From NCBI GenBank assembly GCA_002633005.1, contig NMRA01000017.1, forward strand, positions 74,463 to 138,462: a DNA stretch of 64,000 bases, written 5' to 3'. Below are positions 22,901-60,000 of the stretch, piece by piece. The notes below the pieces were generated by a model. The model was given only the letters and a program-made list of their open reading frames with translations. It was not told the DNA's origin and ran no database searches. The stretch is from Phoronis australis (lineage: Eukaryota > Animalia > Phoronida). Each line of letters starts with the position of its first letter. Within the stretch, counting starts at the first letter, position 1. Position numbers and translations under genes: made by a program.

Positions 22901-24452
22901 AACTTGGATTTAAAGCAATTTTCAGGGAGTAGTGTATTGTGCTAATATTAAATTATTGACCCACTTGCAGATTCACGAGACAGTAGACAGTATCAACCAG
23001 CTGAAGACAAGTCGTGAGTTCTTCCTCGGCTTTGCTAAGGATCCACAGGAGTTCATCAACAACTGGCTCATCTCACAAACCCGCGACCTCAAGGTACACA
23101 CTTTTATTATGACGAAGTTTTTGTTGTAGCTTTGTTGAACCACATGCAGCACCATCTGTTAGAGCGCTATTTTAGATGTCAGCTCTTAAGCTGTTTTTGA
23201 AAGATAATTGATTGCTGAAAATGCAAAATATTTAAACACTCATTGGTTATAATTTGGTGTTAGTGTCAAGAACATGTGCTTAATTTACTGTATTTAGATA
23301 CATCTGTAATTTTAAAAAATTAGTGAATTTCATCAAACGTTTTCGCTTTGTTGAAGCTGTGGCAAAACTTCAGACAAAAATACTTCATACCTAAATATTT
23401 TTTAAATTATCCAAAACGTTGCACTCTGAAACTTTTCCTGATTTTTGAAGAGAAAAGATTCTTCAGCCTTTTTTAAAAAACAGGATTTCTTGCATGGTGG
23501 CCATGTTTCCACTTGGGTGAACTTAATCCTGTTTTTCTGTTGTGTCCCAGACCATGACTGAGGTGGTAGGTAACCCCGAGGAAGAGAGGCAGGCTGACTA
23601 CTACAACCAACCCTGGACCCAGGAGGCCGTGTGTCGCTACTTCTATACTAAGGTAAGCACCACAAGATTTGACTGCCGATGATGAGTAGGTAGGGGGAAG
23701 CCCCCCGTACAGTTTCGCAAAATCTGTCAAACTCGCCTTCTCCCCTCGCAGTATTAATTGTGGACGTGGCCAAGTCAGCAACATAGTGATTCTGGCTAGA
23801 GGGCAGTAGTGTTCATGACTTGAAGGTCTGTAGTCTGCTTGGTTGACATGACGCTGACTAAATGGCAACAGTGTTCATGGCTTGGTGATCTTTAGAATGT
23901 TTGACTCGTATGACTAGCTAAATGACAACAGCGTTCATGTTTGCCCTTCCTTATCTTAAGTCTGCCCCGTCGGGAATGAAATTTTGACTGTAGTAGTCTA
24001 ATGTGTGTTACGGGTATAAGACAAGCATCTGCAGTTCATTCATATATTGTACTAATACCAATAATACAGTCATACTTCACAAACTCCGATAAAAGACTGC
24101 CTAAAATCACGAGATCTCCAGAGAACCCGCATGGACGTTTGCATATCAATGACTAGCCAATAGCTTCAAGTTTCAAGAAGACGTCACAATGGACATCAGA
24201 ATACGAATAATGACTTGCGCTTATGGGCCACATGTTTGAAGTAGTACACTAAATTAAAATCACTAAGGTTTGCATCTTGATTTACGAATTGTTTTAAATT
24301 CTGAGCATGACTCATCATCAATGCGATGGAAACCACATCTTTTTTGGTACGTTTTCGTTTTTGAATATTTATCATCATGTATTTTTTACATTTACTAGGT
24401 GCAACAAAGGCGAGTTGAATTGGAGCAAGTTCTGGGAATACGCAATGCCTGA
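4857..24452 (+). CDS. SMARCD1: SWI/SNF chromatin remodeller subunit BAF60 (SMARCD family, SWIB domain); whole gene model, 12 constitutive coding exons, ~514 aa
   Basis: Exons 4857-4961, 7381-7531, 17166-17262, 17564-17729, 18657-18782, 19231-19350, 19780-20043, 20941-21038, 21966-22104, 22971-23093, 23551-23652, 24399-24452. All GT-AG, phases consistent, total 1545 nt. Recognisable BAF60 motifs: [72 protein letters not shown]. Probably the single invertebrate co-orthologue of SMARCD1/2/3. Confidence 0.96.
7381..7531 (+). CDS. SMARCD1: SMARCD exon 2 ([21 protein letters not shown]...PVMTPQK)
   Basis: tttttcAG acceptor, open Pro/Gly/Met-rich frame, GTTTGT donor, phase 0 to 1. Confidence 0.85.
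7811..7831 (+). CDS. SMARCD1: SMARCD candidate microexon A, 21 nt (ASGKAKS)
   Basis: ttctcctcttgacAG acceptor, GTGAGT donor, phase 1-1, no stop, TGCATG at 7862. Confidence 0.65.
8779..8796 (+). CDS. SMARCD1: SMARCD candidate microexon B, 18 nt ((A/T)KNKES)
   Basis: CTAAC branch point at 8751, near-pure pyrimidine tract ending ccccAG, CAG|GTAAAC donor, phase 1-1, TGCATG at 8851. Confidence 0.75.
10420..10585. repeat. Interspersed repeat copy; opposite-orientation copies at ~16060-16225 and partial at ~19110-19185
   Basis: Shared CACAATATGGCAGACAGATGAAAT...AGCAACATTTGGTAAAATTTTGAGC. Confidence 0.8.
11193..11222 (+). CDS. SMARCD1: SMARCD candidate microexon C, 30 nt ([10 protein letters not shown])
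   Basis: ~135-nt AG-free CT-rich zone ending ttttctacAG, CAG|GTGTGT donor, phase 1-1, two TGCATG at 11235 and 11242. Confidence 0.75.
13025..13136. repeat. 30-bp minisatellite (~3.7 copies, degenerate copies upstream)
   Basis: Unit CACTTGTAACTGAGGATCACTGGCTCCACC. Confidence 0.9.
13707..13766 (+). CDS. SMARCD1: SMARCD candidate small cassette exon D, 60 nt ([20 protein letters not shown])
   Basis: cctttcactcttaAG acceptor, purine-rich exon, GAGG|GTAACT donor, phase 1-1, GCATG at 13778. Confidence 0.72.
14463..14640. repeat. ~58-bp tandem repeat (3 copies)
   Basis: CCACCTTGGACGAGCACGGTATACACCAAATTATCTGGTGCAAGTTGTGC variants. Confidence 0.85.
15496..15654. mobile_element. Tc1/mariner-pogo type MITE
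   Basis: 24-bp TIRs CCGTAATCGTTCGGGTTAACGCCC / GGGCGTTAACCCGAACAATTACGG (1 mismatch), flanked by TA on both sides. Confidence 0.85.
17166..17262 (+). CDS. SMARCD1: SMARCD exon 3 ([32 protein letters not shown])
   Basis: tctctgcccattatAG acceptor, GTATGT donor, phase 1 to 2, RKRP motif as in BAF60 N-termini. Confidence 0.85.
17564..17729 (+). CDS. SMARCD1: SMARCD exon 4 ([36 protein letters not shown]...KRPQK)
   Basis: Near-identical to the conserved BAF60 block; AG/GT boundaries in frame. Confidence 0.96.
18657..18782 (+). CDS. SMARCD1: SMARCD exon 5 ([13 protein letters not shown]...[12 protein letters not shown])
   Basis: Conserved BAF60 motifs, ttatAG acceptor and GTAAGT donor. Confidence 0.95.
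19231..19350 (+). CDS. SMARCD1: SMARCD exon 6 (...[28 protein letters not shown])
   Basis: Conserved motif, ttgcAG acceptor and GTGAGT donor. Confidence 0.95.
19780..20043 (+). CDS. SMARCD1: SMARCD exon 7 ([19 protein letters not shown]... start of SWIB domain)
   Basis: Conserved SWIB sequence [13 protein letters not shown]; tttcAG acceptor and GTAGGT donor. Confidence 0.96.
20024..20105 (+). repeat. ~40-bp tandem duplication spanning the exon 7 donor
   Basis: GATAAGTATCTGCAACAG|GTAGGTGGAGGGGG is repeated as GATAAGTACCTGCAACAG|GTGGGTGGAGGGGG. Confidence 0.9.
20630..20914 (+). repeat. 36-bp minisatellite (~8 copies) just upstream of the exon 8 acceptor
   Basis: Unit CTGTTGCTAGTTCTACTGGGTAGTACTACTACTAAT. 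Confidence 0.92.
20941..21038 (+). CDS. SMARCD1: SMARCD exon 8 ([32 protein letters not shown])
   Basis: SWIB C-terminal half; ttgcAG acceptor and GTAAGT donor. Confidence 0.95.
21010..21300 (+). repeat. 43-bp minisatellite (~6.7 copies) containing the exon 8 end and donor
   Basis: Unit GACCCTATCATCATCAACCACGTGATTCA|GTAAGTACTTCCCC. Confidence 0.95.
21966..22104 (+). CDS. SMARCD1: SMARCD exon 9 ([24 protein letters not shown]...ALDAK)
   Basis: Conserved motif. The acceptor is weak (tgtattgaAG) but is the phase-compatible site. Confidence 0.9.
22971..23093 (+). CDS. SMARCD1: SMARCD exon 10 ([41 protein letters not shown])
   Basis: Conserved motif, in-frame boundaries. Confidence 0.95.
23551..23652 (+). 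CDS. SMARCD1: SMARCD exon 11 ([34 protein letters not shown])
   Basis: Conserved motif, cccAG acceptor and GTAAGC donor. Confidence 0.95.
24399..24452 (+). CDS. SMARCD1: SMARCD last coding exon ([17 protein letters not shown])
   Basis: Matches the BAF60 C-terminus; TGA at 24450-24452. Confidence 0.95.
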   Translation: MQQRRVELEQVLGIRNA

Positions 24453-26310
24453 GATATATACATTGTTAGTCCCGACACCTGGTGGTTGGGACAAAAAGTA
24501 TCGTGTTCTTGGTGACCTCATTAAGTGTATGGTTATCAAGAATAAATGGAACTTCATCTAGAACTCCCTGTATCGTTGTTGTTTGTACATATGGAAGATT
24601 AGGATAGTTGGAAACAGTCAGATTTTGAACTGTTTTATATCAGTGGTGGTTTGCACAGTGTCTCTATTGGTTTTCTTAATGAAATGGAAAGACGTTATTG
24701 GGTATGTCATGTCTTCAACTATTTTGACACTGTACTTTCCAATTGTCACCATTGATGGAATCTAGGCACTGTAACTAGTCAAATACATTCACCTTTGTAT
24801 TCAAATTTTGTGGTTCATGTAAATAGCCTTGCATGTAGTTACAATACAAGACAATAAAGTTGTCAGACAAAATAGCATTTCCCTGCCATGATGGCTCATT
24901 CTGTTAACAGTAAAAATGACTGATAATAACTATTCAGGTGGCAAAATTCTAATCGTAGAATGGCTTAGTCACATTACTGTCCTGTTAACTCCCCTTCATT
25001 CTCAATCAGGGAGACTACTCACATGATTAATTCGCCATCTGCCCAGCAGTCATGACAGGGAATTCCAGGTCATTTGGTCTGAATACTTTTGGTTTGTACT
25101 GTATATTGTAGTAGCCTAAGGTTAGAATAGTAATTGTACGTTTCAGGAAACTTGTAGTAAAATACTTTAAAAATCTTATTTGTTTTCTTACGTCCATCAT
25201 CACTGGTCTAGGTGCACAGGTTGATGCAGCACTGGTCATTGATTATTGATACATGCTACAGGACTCTTGTCCTTTGTCAGTGCAAGTGTGCTACATAAAC
25301 GCAATACTCATGGTATACATTAGCAAGATCTTAATGTAGTCTCAATACTGAATACTCTATTACTGTCTGGTCACAATCATGCATGTCTTAACTTTATGTT
25401 AAGTCGTGTCACATGTACGTACATCAGGTCTAGAAAATGAGATTCAGAGTTGATAACAGTGGTTGGCATGCTTTTTGTCTTATGTTCATGTTGGCTACAA
25501 AATAAACTAGAATGTAAGCTTGCCGTCAAGCTCAGAGAAACTTTAATGACTTTTATTTTGTGTCAGGGTTAATTGTTATACACGGACTCACTGGGACTTA
25601 GTCAATGGTCATAATAGGTGCTTGAGGAAAATAATTGACTCTTTCACTGTCAATCTTTTTACTGCAATAAATTGTGAGGATACATAAAACGGTGGGACCA
25701 ATCACTAATGACGGATTAACGTTATTTGTTGGTGGATTGTTATGAAACTTTCAGGATAAGATGTGCACGTTTACGGCATTTTAAGTTATGGCATCATGGC
25801 TGAAGCAGGTATTTGCCATGTGTTCTTCAAGATTTCAGGAGAGAAAAGACTCCATGAAGGGTTTTGATTTTGTAAATTATAGTCGCTGAGGTTGGTCAGT
25901 AGTGAAATGTATCAAATAAACACAGAAAAATCAGGAACCCCCAAACTCGTATCCTGAATTAAAATAGTTTTGAATCAATTAAACCTTGAGAACAGACAGT
26001 TTAGAGGCTGTTGAATGGATCACAATTTGACAGACGAGCTGTTGACGTGAATTTCTTAAAAAAGCAATCTTCATTCTCTGTAACTGGTAAAACTCAACTG
26101 TCTTCTTGGCGTATTATTTTAAAACCAGTAATCTCCCATGGAATTTAGGATTAACTGGGTCAAGTACCCCAACTCCCTTCCTGACATGTTTGGCAGTGAA
26201 GGGGTATTTTGCTGAAAGAAGCTCTGGGCACTGAAACTGTTAATATGTGCAACTGCGATCACATGATTAAGTTTCAAACACTAACAACAGATCGACTTAT
26301 CTATTTTATG

Positions 26311-26346
26311 TTTATTCAGGTAATAAATAATCACTGAAGTAATAAA
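26311..26346. terminator. Candidate back-to-back polyadenylation signals of the convergent genes
   Basis: TTTATT (minus-strand AATAAA) at 26311 next to plus-strand AATAAA at 26322 and 26341. Proximal SMARCD AATAAA candidates also at 24541 and 24853. Confidence 0.4.
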
Positions 26347-27767
26347 CGTACAGTAGAAAGATTAGATGTTTACAATCACCATAGTAACAAATGTTATTAA
26401 AATAATAAAAACAGTTTTGCAAGTGATATCTGTAGACAAAACCTGTCCTAGTTTGATTTTCTAATTGCCGCACAAATTACAATACCTCACTTTGCTCACA
26501 CGTAATCTTTCCTCAACTTCTGCCGTGTTTAACGGAACAAAACTTAACGTAAAAATGCTCTTCAGAGTATCATGCCTAGCTTTCACCAGATAAAATCAAA
26601 ATGCACTTCCACATATGGGTTAAGGCCTACCACTTTGTACATCTACTGAGCTGATCTCATGGCTTCCATCGGTCACCATTTTAACGAGACTACACTGCCT
26701 TCAAATCTCATGTTGGTGTAACGGAAGGCATGCTATGTGCACCAATAGACTGACTTACTGGAAGGACATCTGGTGTCCGTTTCATTAAAGTAACTTAAGA
26801 CAGAATCAGTCTCGCGCTCTCACTTCACAGTAACTGAATAAAGGTTTAGTCAAGTAATTAGAGTGCATCACAGACTAACATAATTTACGGAAATTATCTG
26901 TCAGTAACTAGCACTTATGTGTGTATCTCAGAAACTGCCTTTTTTCTCACGTCAGATGTAATTATTTTCCGAAATGGTTGTGTGGAGCATCAGACCAAAT
27001 TTGTGTCTCAAGCTTCATGCAACTTTTCCTGAAACAGGCCCTTGACCACAAAAAACCTTAAAAACAACAAAATCTTAAGGTACGACGGAACAAAAGTTCT
27101 GATTATAAACATGATGCTTGATTTCACAACTTGCCGATTGATTTAACAAATCTTTAAACTGCCAGTTTATACACCGATATCACAACATTGATTACAAAGT
27201 AATGAAAAGTCAAATCAAATCTTAGTCTACACTTATTAAGCAAACAATAGTTCTCTGTAATACTGAGGCACCTTTTAAATGGTTTTACTGGGATAAAGTA
27301 CATATAAAATTCTTAGACTTACAAACTGTCTAAAATAGAGTTTACCTTGGCAACTAATTAATTGGTGTCAAATCCATTTATCACTAGAATGTCCACTATA
27401 TTCTAATTCTTAAAACTATGAGCATAGTCTTCACTATTAAATGTTCTTATTTCAGCACTAATAACAATGCTTATATATTTACAATGATTGTGAAACGAGT
27501 CTGTTGTCAACAGTTATTGATTTACAAAGTCTACAAAACATACTATACTTCAGGTCACTGTCCACTCATTCAACTACTACATATTTTTAAATTGTAATTC
27601 GTAACTGATGAACCAGTTGATCCGTGGGAGGAAGTGAATGTACGTGACCTTCGCATGACCTTCAGAGTCCATACGATTTCAGCCCTACCTAATACTACCA
27701 TTTCTTGTCAGTTTTAAATTTATACTTTTGCACTTTATTAATTGAATGATATGAATGTGTTAATCTA

Positions 27768-28006
27768 TTGCAAACACTGGTCTAGACGCCACCTGTTGGT
27801 CACATCACATGACCTAATGAATACAAGTTTTGAAAAGATTTCTGCCAACACTCTAACCCAGGACCTTCTGGTAACCGTGGAGATGCCCTAGTCACCGAGT
27901 CATCGGGACCACCGGTGGAACACAGAAATCTTTAAGATTTGCATCCATTAGGTCACGTGATATGGTCAACAGATGGCGTGCAGACCAGATTTACAAATGT
28001 TTGCGA
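27768..28006. repeat. Long imperfect inverted repeat in the HECW 3'UTR region
   Basis: CTGGTCTAGACGCCACCTGTTGGTCACATCACATGACCTAATG pairs with CATTAGGTCACGTGATATGGTCAACAGATGGCGTGCAGACCAG; pairing extends inward (AAAGATTTCTG / CAGAAATCTTT). Confidence 0.8.
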
Positions 28007-28213
28007 TTGTTTCATAAACTAATGCAGAACACATGATGTGAACGTAACAGTAATAACTAATCAACACTGTCAATCAATTTGTTGTCACCATGACAACGCA
28101 TCAAAGCTGCCATAAGAGTCAATCATAAATGTCCTAATCATTATAACTTACACAATTATCTCTTCATTATGCAGTAAGATCATGCAGCCAATAAGGTGAG
28201 ACCACACAGTCTC

Positions 28214-53230
<25,017 letters not shown>

Positions 53231-55405
53231 AGTAGGGTTGGTACTGGAATGGGCAAAAGGTAAGACATGTCAAGGTCATCCAATATAGCAAGACCACATG
53301 TGGTGAACTAGTCAGTGACTTCCAAGAATAATGAGCCAATTGGCAGCTATGTTGATACGTTGTTCATTTCAACTGAGTCTGCAGCCAGTAGCAAAGCTGT
53401 GTGCCAGCTTTGCGAGCAAGATTTTCAATTGGAATGTGTTACCTTCACAGTTGTTAGGAAACATACCTGGATTACATCCTTCACAAATTTTACCGCCTCA
53501 AGTTACAGAAGTAGTAATGCCACATAAAAAACCATAACAGACATGCAGTCCTCTTTTGACTCTAGGTTGTATGTAATTCAATTATTCTTTTGATCAGCTG
53601 ATTAGCGTTCCGTACTGTACATAACCATGCACTTGAATTGAACCCAGTCTTGGCTGTTAAGCATAATATTCGTTCAATTTCCTGCACCATTTGAAACGGT
53701 ACCCTTAATTAATTACAATTCAGAACTTTCACATTCGACACTGTCGATTCTCAGTCGAACAGGTTTTGTTTGTGATATCAGAAGTGCGAAACTCATAAGC
53801 TACAGTAATTTGTCAAATTGGACTATCTCAAAATTTGATAATTCAGGCATGAGATATCACGAGACATTTCATAGACTTTCGTGGCAAGGACATTCAACTA
53901 TTTCAGTACATAGTTTTTGCGCAAAAAGAATAAAACCATTCAGCAGTTCCAGTTATAACAGGGTGTTTCTTTTAATTAGTTAATATGTTAAATTAAAGTA
54001 ATAAAAACTTACTAAACTTTTTATTGGAATAAGACTCCTTATTTATTTCAAATATTGATAATAGCAGACCAGTAATCATAGATATTGCGCGGAAATGATA
54101 TATAGCCCGTATGTACAGTATTGCGCAAGCACAATAGATATGATCTCTCCTGCTTCGCCCCAGTTTCCCCAGTTTCGCACTGATGCAATTTACTTTATGT
54201 CAGTTCTGTTTACACACATACTTGCACCCGCCCAATCATCTCTTGACATGTCAGCTGATCCATGACAACTTTTGTAGTGTAAATGGGGCAAGACAGCAGG
54301 AATTTACACCATACTGAGTTAGGGCACAACCCTAAATGAATCTGTAAACTCATCAATTCAAAATATAAAGTGTAAACTCATCAATTCAAAATTCTCATTA
54401 TTGTTGTGACATATTCAGAGAAACAACATTCTCAAGCTCAAAAAAAACAATTTTACCATGTTCAAGTGAGTGGCAAATAGGCTAGCAGTTTCACTGACTG
54501 AAATGCTCCAACATGTTTTAGTCAGACAGACGAGCTGTCTGGGAAGGGGACATTTTCGCCAGCGCTAACCTCGTTTCTTCACCACCCCATATCCCTTTTA
54601 AGAAAAAATGTATCAAAACATGTCATCACTCTAGCAAAAAACGCCAGCAGTTTTGGGTAACTCAAACCTCCAGCAAAAGTGACTCTAATAACTGTACTAG
54701 ATATTAAAAGCACTATCGAGAACACTAGCATTTTAGTCCAGTCTGTGAAAAGGATGGCTGGAGCCACGAATGTTTCGATAAAAGCTACAATCAACAATTA
54801 TAAAAATGTTTGCATATTAGTAAAATCAGTTGTAAAAATTGATTACCATCATGACTAATCTGGACACAATATCAACATTCAACCAGACTTGGTTCAAACA
54901 TTAACTTGTGTTCTGTAAGATGATGCAAGCCTTATCTTTTGACACTTAAAACGGTAAACCTTATCAAGGCAACACACTGTTTTCCATAAGAGTTCTACAG
55001 ATATCGCAAAACACACATGTTTAATTAACATTTGGAACACAAGATATTAATCTAATACATTGACATACACATAAAAGGTAGATGGGAATTTACTAGACTA
55101 GTCAAGTGGTAGCAGAACTCATAAGATATCCATGGAAACTACTAGTGTATGAATAATAATTAACTCTGAACTAGAGAAGACACTTGACACTGAACAACAA
55201 CAGTGGGATGACAGCTGATCAAAGCGTGAAGAGTGAATACCTGAACAAAATAAAAGTAAAAATGATGATGAATGATGATGACAAAAATGAACGAAGCAGT
55301 ACATCTTGTACAGTAACAACAAACCAGCAAAAGTGCATTGGTGAACAAGTTAACAAAAGTGCATTGGTGAACAAGTTAACAAAAGAGTATTGGTGACCTA
55401 GTTAA

Positions 55406-57010
55406 AGGAGAATGCCACCCGATTTAATTAGTCTTTTTTGTCGTCTTGATCAGTCTATGTCCACATCGCCTCGCATACGGTCGACCATACCTTGCCAAGA
55501 GGTGTCGCGTTAACCTGTGAGGAAGGTGAGAAACGACGCTAGCGACGTCAGTGGTTCATATGCAGAGTGAATGCCGCTATGTTGCGGTGCATCGTTCCCG
55601 CTTGTCCGAACTAAGCAGCTGCGAGAAAAGCGGGTAAATGTTTTTTTTTACTTCCTCGAGAGTCCGAAATGCTTAGGAAGTGGCTCGTGGTAGTGAAGAA
55701 TGAAATGTACGCTGTAAATAGCAAGTATGAGGCCGTGAAACATCTCCGTGTCTGTGGCCTGCAGACGTCGACGGTGCCTCACGAATGCCGGCTTACCAAA
55801 TAACTCCATACGTTCCGTTGTCTGAGCTTGTTCATGGTGCCTCTCTAGTATTTCTTCATCACTGTATTCCTGTTCGAATAGATAGCCTGTAAAACTTAAC
55901 GATCCACCTGCAAAGTCGGGACTGATAAGCTCCAGCTCGTCCTAAGTCGGGATTGCGAGTTGCCATGTTGGCGTTTATTACTGAGCGTTCTGTTTCAAAA
56001 TGAATTATTCTCACCCTAACCAATATTTATATAAAACTGAAATAAAGTCTGTCTCATTAGATGCAATTTGTAATGCCATTGGAGTTTTCATGAGTCCAAA
56101 TGATTTGAGAAGCCAGCAATGAATAAATCACTGCGTTACCGGCTTTAGGTGTAATAGGGACACCGAGGCCGTGTGAGCTCATGCTAATTTAGTGTTTGCT
56201 GGCAGAAACTGTTGTGAAACAACTCGATTTCCATCCCACGGCCAGGTGTTAGGGGAACCTTAATTACGTTTACATTACTCAAATAATGATTGTCAATGTA
56301 CAACTTCTGCCCTGACGGTGCTGTGGCCAAAGAGGAACCTGAATTCGCCGCGTCCCCAGACGAGTAAGTAGATTTGCAGTTTCGTAGCTAATTCACCAAC
56401 ATAATCACGTGCAAATTACTTTGGCCCACTAGCATAGTATTTTATTGACTGGAAGTTCAGTTCCCACTGAACTTTGGCTGGTTTATGTTCGTGATGTCTG
56501 ATCAGTTTCCGAGCCACTGGCCGGGATAACAAGCGTTTTGTGTTTAGAACCCAAAAAATCACAAGTCTAAATAACACAGATCTAAGTTCTCCTGTCTGTA
56601 TCTCACGGAAAATACTTCGAAATTATCTCCGAACACACCCCAAACTCCTGCTACGGACCTTATTGGCCTGCTGAACTTTGTAGGCTACGGTGTGTTCAAA
56701 TACCAATAAATCCGTAAGAGCGAAATAGAACAACACGTTTTTGTAAGAACTCCGTGCATTTTTAAGGGTTTTACATCGAAGTTTGATGATTTATTGGTGT
56801 TAAACGATTTCAAGTGATAACCTGACACCAGTAACCCGTGTTGTGAACTGTTGAACAGACTGCGTGTGAAACCGATGACGTCATTGGATAATTTCAACAC
56901 CTCCGCCTACTGTCAGGTGTCAGGTAACGCAACCGTAGGTGTCGTTATGGAGTAGAACTACTCGATCTAAATTGATACAAATTAGGTTGTTTTTTGGGTG
57001 GCATGCTCTT
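55406..57010. mobile_element. Non-autonomous Kolobok DNA transposon with a KolX remnant
   Basis: TTAA at both flanks (55402-55405, 57011-57014). TIRs AGGAGAATGCCACCC / AAGAGCATGCCACCC. The minus strand near 55890-55840 encodes GYLFEQEYSDEEILER, like the PYxFEP N-terminus of KolX/P2X7-like proteins. Confidence 0.8.
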
Positions 57011-60000
57011 TTAACAAAAGAGCAGATATCAAATCAGAAAATCTTGACTAACTCAACATCAGTAAGACGTAGCAGGATACAGGTTGTACACTCCAAGATA
57101 ACCTTTGATGAGGTCTACCTATAGTGTTCTCCACAACAGAAAAATCAAAGTCAATAAGAAAACTCATGTACTAGTTGGCATTCAAAAGTTCACGTCCATT
57201 CTGTAGGGAGCTTGTGTTTTAGTACTGGAATGCACTCAACTGGTACGAAAAGACAAAAATGTCCAAATTTGCTTAAGAAATGATTAATCTCACAGTTTTT
57301 CTAACTCTTTGCATTGTTTCTAAATTCATCACAGCAAAATTCAAACTCCATACAACAGTTTGTAGCGAACGTTGACCCACAGAAGATTCCCTCAAAGGAC
57401 TGCAAAGTTATAGCTCTCTATAAACATCTAATACGGTAATATTTGAAAAATGGCCGTCACGGGGTAATGTTGCATCGGATTTTCACCAAAAAGAATAGGC
57501 CTCAAGCTCTTGTTGAGATACATAAATACATCGTCTATATAAATTGCAAGTTGATCGGACAAAGTATACCACTTATAGCTTATGTACGATAGATCAACAA
57601 AAGAGCAGCGAGGAATCAGTCAATAAAAGAAGTTACCAGAACAGTAAATCTCGAATAACTTGAGAACAAGAACAGTAAGTTGGAGCACGAAACAGATGAC
57701 ACATTCTGGAGAGCAACTGACCAGAACTGTCCACTGACCAAATGGAAGGTCAGTCAAGGGATGAGAAACGAATCAATAAAAGTACATCTGGATGGCATAA
57801 TACCGACAGCGTTTTCAAGGCCAGATCTTTCCACACACCAAGTTTCAGAAAACCCCCTCCAGGAACAGAGGAGCTTTCACTCTGAATAACGAAAAATTTG
57901 AAAATGGCCGCCACAGCACATCTTGCGTCCGATTGCACATTTACCTATTGAACAGAAAAGAAATTTGACCTGTAGCATGCAAACAAATACAAAAAATATG
58001 AGTAGTAGAATTGTCAAAAAATTGCCATAATCCAACCTAATATTAGTAAAGAGCAACATCGCTTACCACTTCTGAAATGAGCAACACCACAAGATCCGCA
58101 ATATTAAAACTAGTTAATGACAGATGATACCATTGTTAACACCTCAGCTAGCCATCTGATAAGGCTGTTAGCCAGTACATTGCCAGCGAAACTGACTGAA
58201 TGAGAGAACATACCGTACTCATCCGAGTTACCACCCAGGGCGCTTAAATAGGGTAATTCAACCATTAGAGGGTATGCGTCAAGCCAACCATGGGTGCTTA
58301 CTAACTTGATAGCGCACAGAAGTTCAGTAGCGTGAAGACACTTTTTACAAAGCTAATCTTTAAATTTCTCAGTGAACATACAAAGCAGGCAGGGTGTTAG
58401 TCGTTTGCGGATGCTTTACCCATTTTTGGCACATGAGCACGGTGAATGAAATGTGAGAGTTAAACTTAATTAAACCTAAGACATTCTAAGAAAAACATGT
58501 TTGAAGAGAGCACTTTCAACAAATTTCATGTCTTATAATGAACACAAAACATAATTTTAGTGGAAACATCAACCAACTGAAGGTCAGGCAATTAGGTATA
58601 GCCCCTAGAAAGCTTGAAACATTTATCTAATGATGAGTCTAAGTCTGTCAAACTCAGCTAAAGTACCTGTGGTACTCACAACGTGGTACTGTCAATTAAG
58701 AAACAGACAATATTTCATCCACGCACAGACGGCAAAAACAGTATTTACAAACACCACCTTCATCATATTAAATTTTTAAGTTTAAAACTGAAAGGCATAA
58801 AATAAAGGTCATAGCCAATGAAGTTTACATTTCCGGGAGGGAGGGGGCTCCACCAGGGAACGTTTAGTTAGGGACGTGCACTCATTAGTTGGGAGGGTAT
58901 TACCCTCTTAGGTAAATATTTTGAATTCTTAACATTTAGGGTCAGTAAAGAAGTGGCAATACGCTGATAAATGGTATATATTGCTTCGAACAGCTATTTT
59001 CATCAGTTGGTATTGACTCGTTCCCACATGATTGTCTGAATTTTGAATGTTGTACAAGCTTGTCCTCCCAGTACAACTTATGTTTGTTAGCATCACATGA
59101 TCACATGTGACCTCACAGAACTGTGACTGAAGTAGAACTGTTCTGTACATGGTACTGTAGTTGTCCCAGTGACTGATATAGGTGAACTAAAAACAAACCA
59201 TGCACTACACCAATACTGTGGTAATTCATTCAGAATCAATCATCAAAACCACAACCTGTCATTAATAATACCAAAATCTGACTATTTAAATTCAATTTCA
59301 ATACAACCCAAACATTTGGCTAAACATCACATCGCAGTGTTCTCTAGAACAGGAAATTCAACCTCCATAGGACTAGCTGCAATACTCATAAACATGTTCA
59401 ATAGTATGTGAGAATGCTACCACCAGTTTGTACCTCAAGTCTTACAATAAGTGCATTCAAGTAGTGCAAATCAAAACATCTCAATTTGCTTAAAAGAAAT
59501 TATAACAGATCTTTCAAAAAGTTCACAAACTGGTTGGTTGCGTAGATTTTCAAACTAGACGCAATGAAGTCAAACTTATAAAGGCAGAATGCTAAAGCGT
59601 TTCTGCGACGTTTGAAAACAGACTGCGGAGAACAGCGCACCAAGATATTCCTTAAATCAGTTAAACAAATGTTTGCTAACACAAACAAGCTAAGAATCGC
59701 GATCACTAGCCAAATTTCAGTAACACATTTAACTTTAAGTATGTTATATGATGAATGAAAAAGGTCATCACTGCTGAAAATTTTTGGTACTGTGTAAGAT
59801 TCCAAAATGAACAATTTCAACCAACTACTCTACAGCTTTCAAAACTGATACAAAGACCACATTTGATGACTGTGAGATAAGTTTATCTAATCCTTCTAAG
59901 TTTTTCCAGTATTTAGTAAATTAGTTTCATAGTGATTTTGAAGTGGCACATTGGCTGTAACTGGCTGACATCAAGCCCAACAAGGTCAGACGTACTTATC

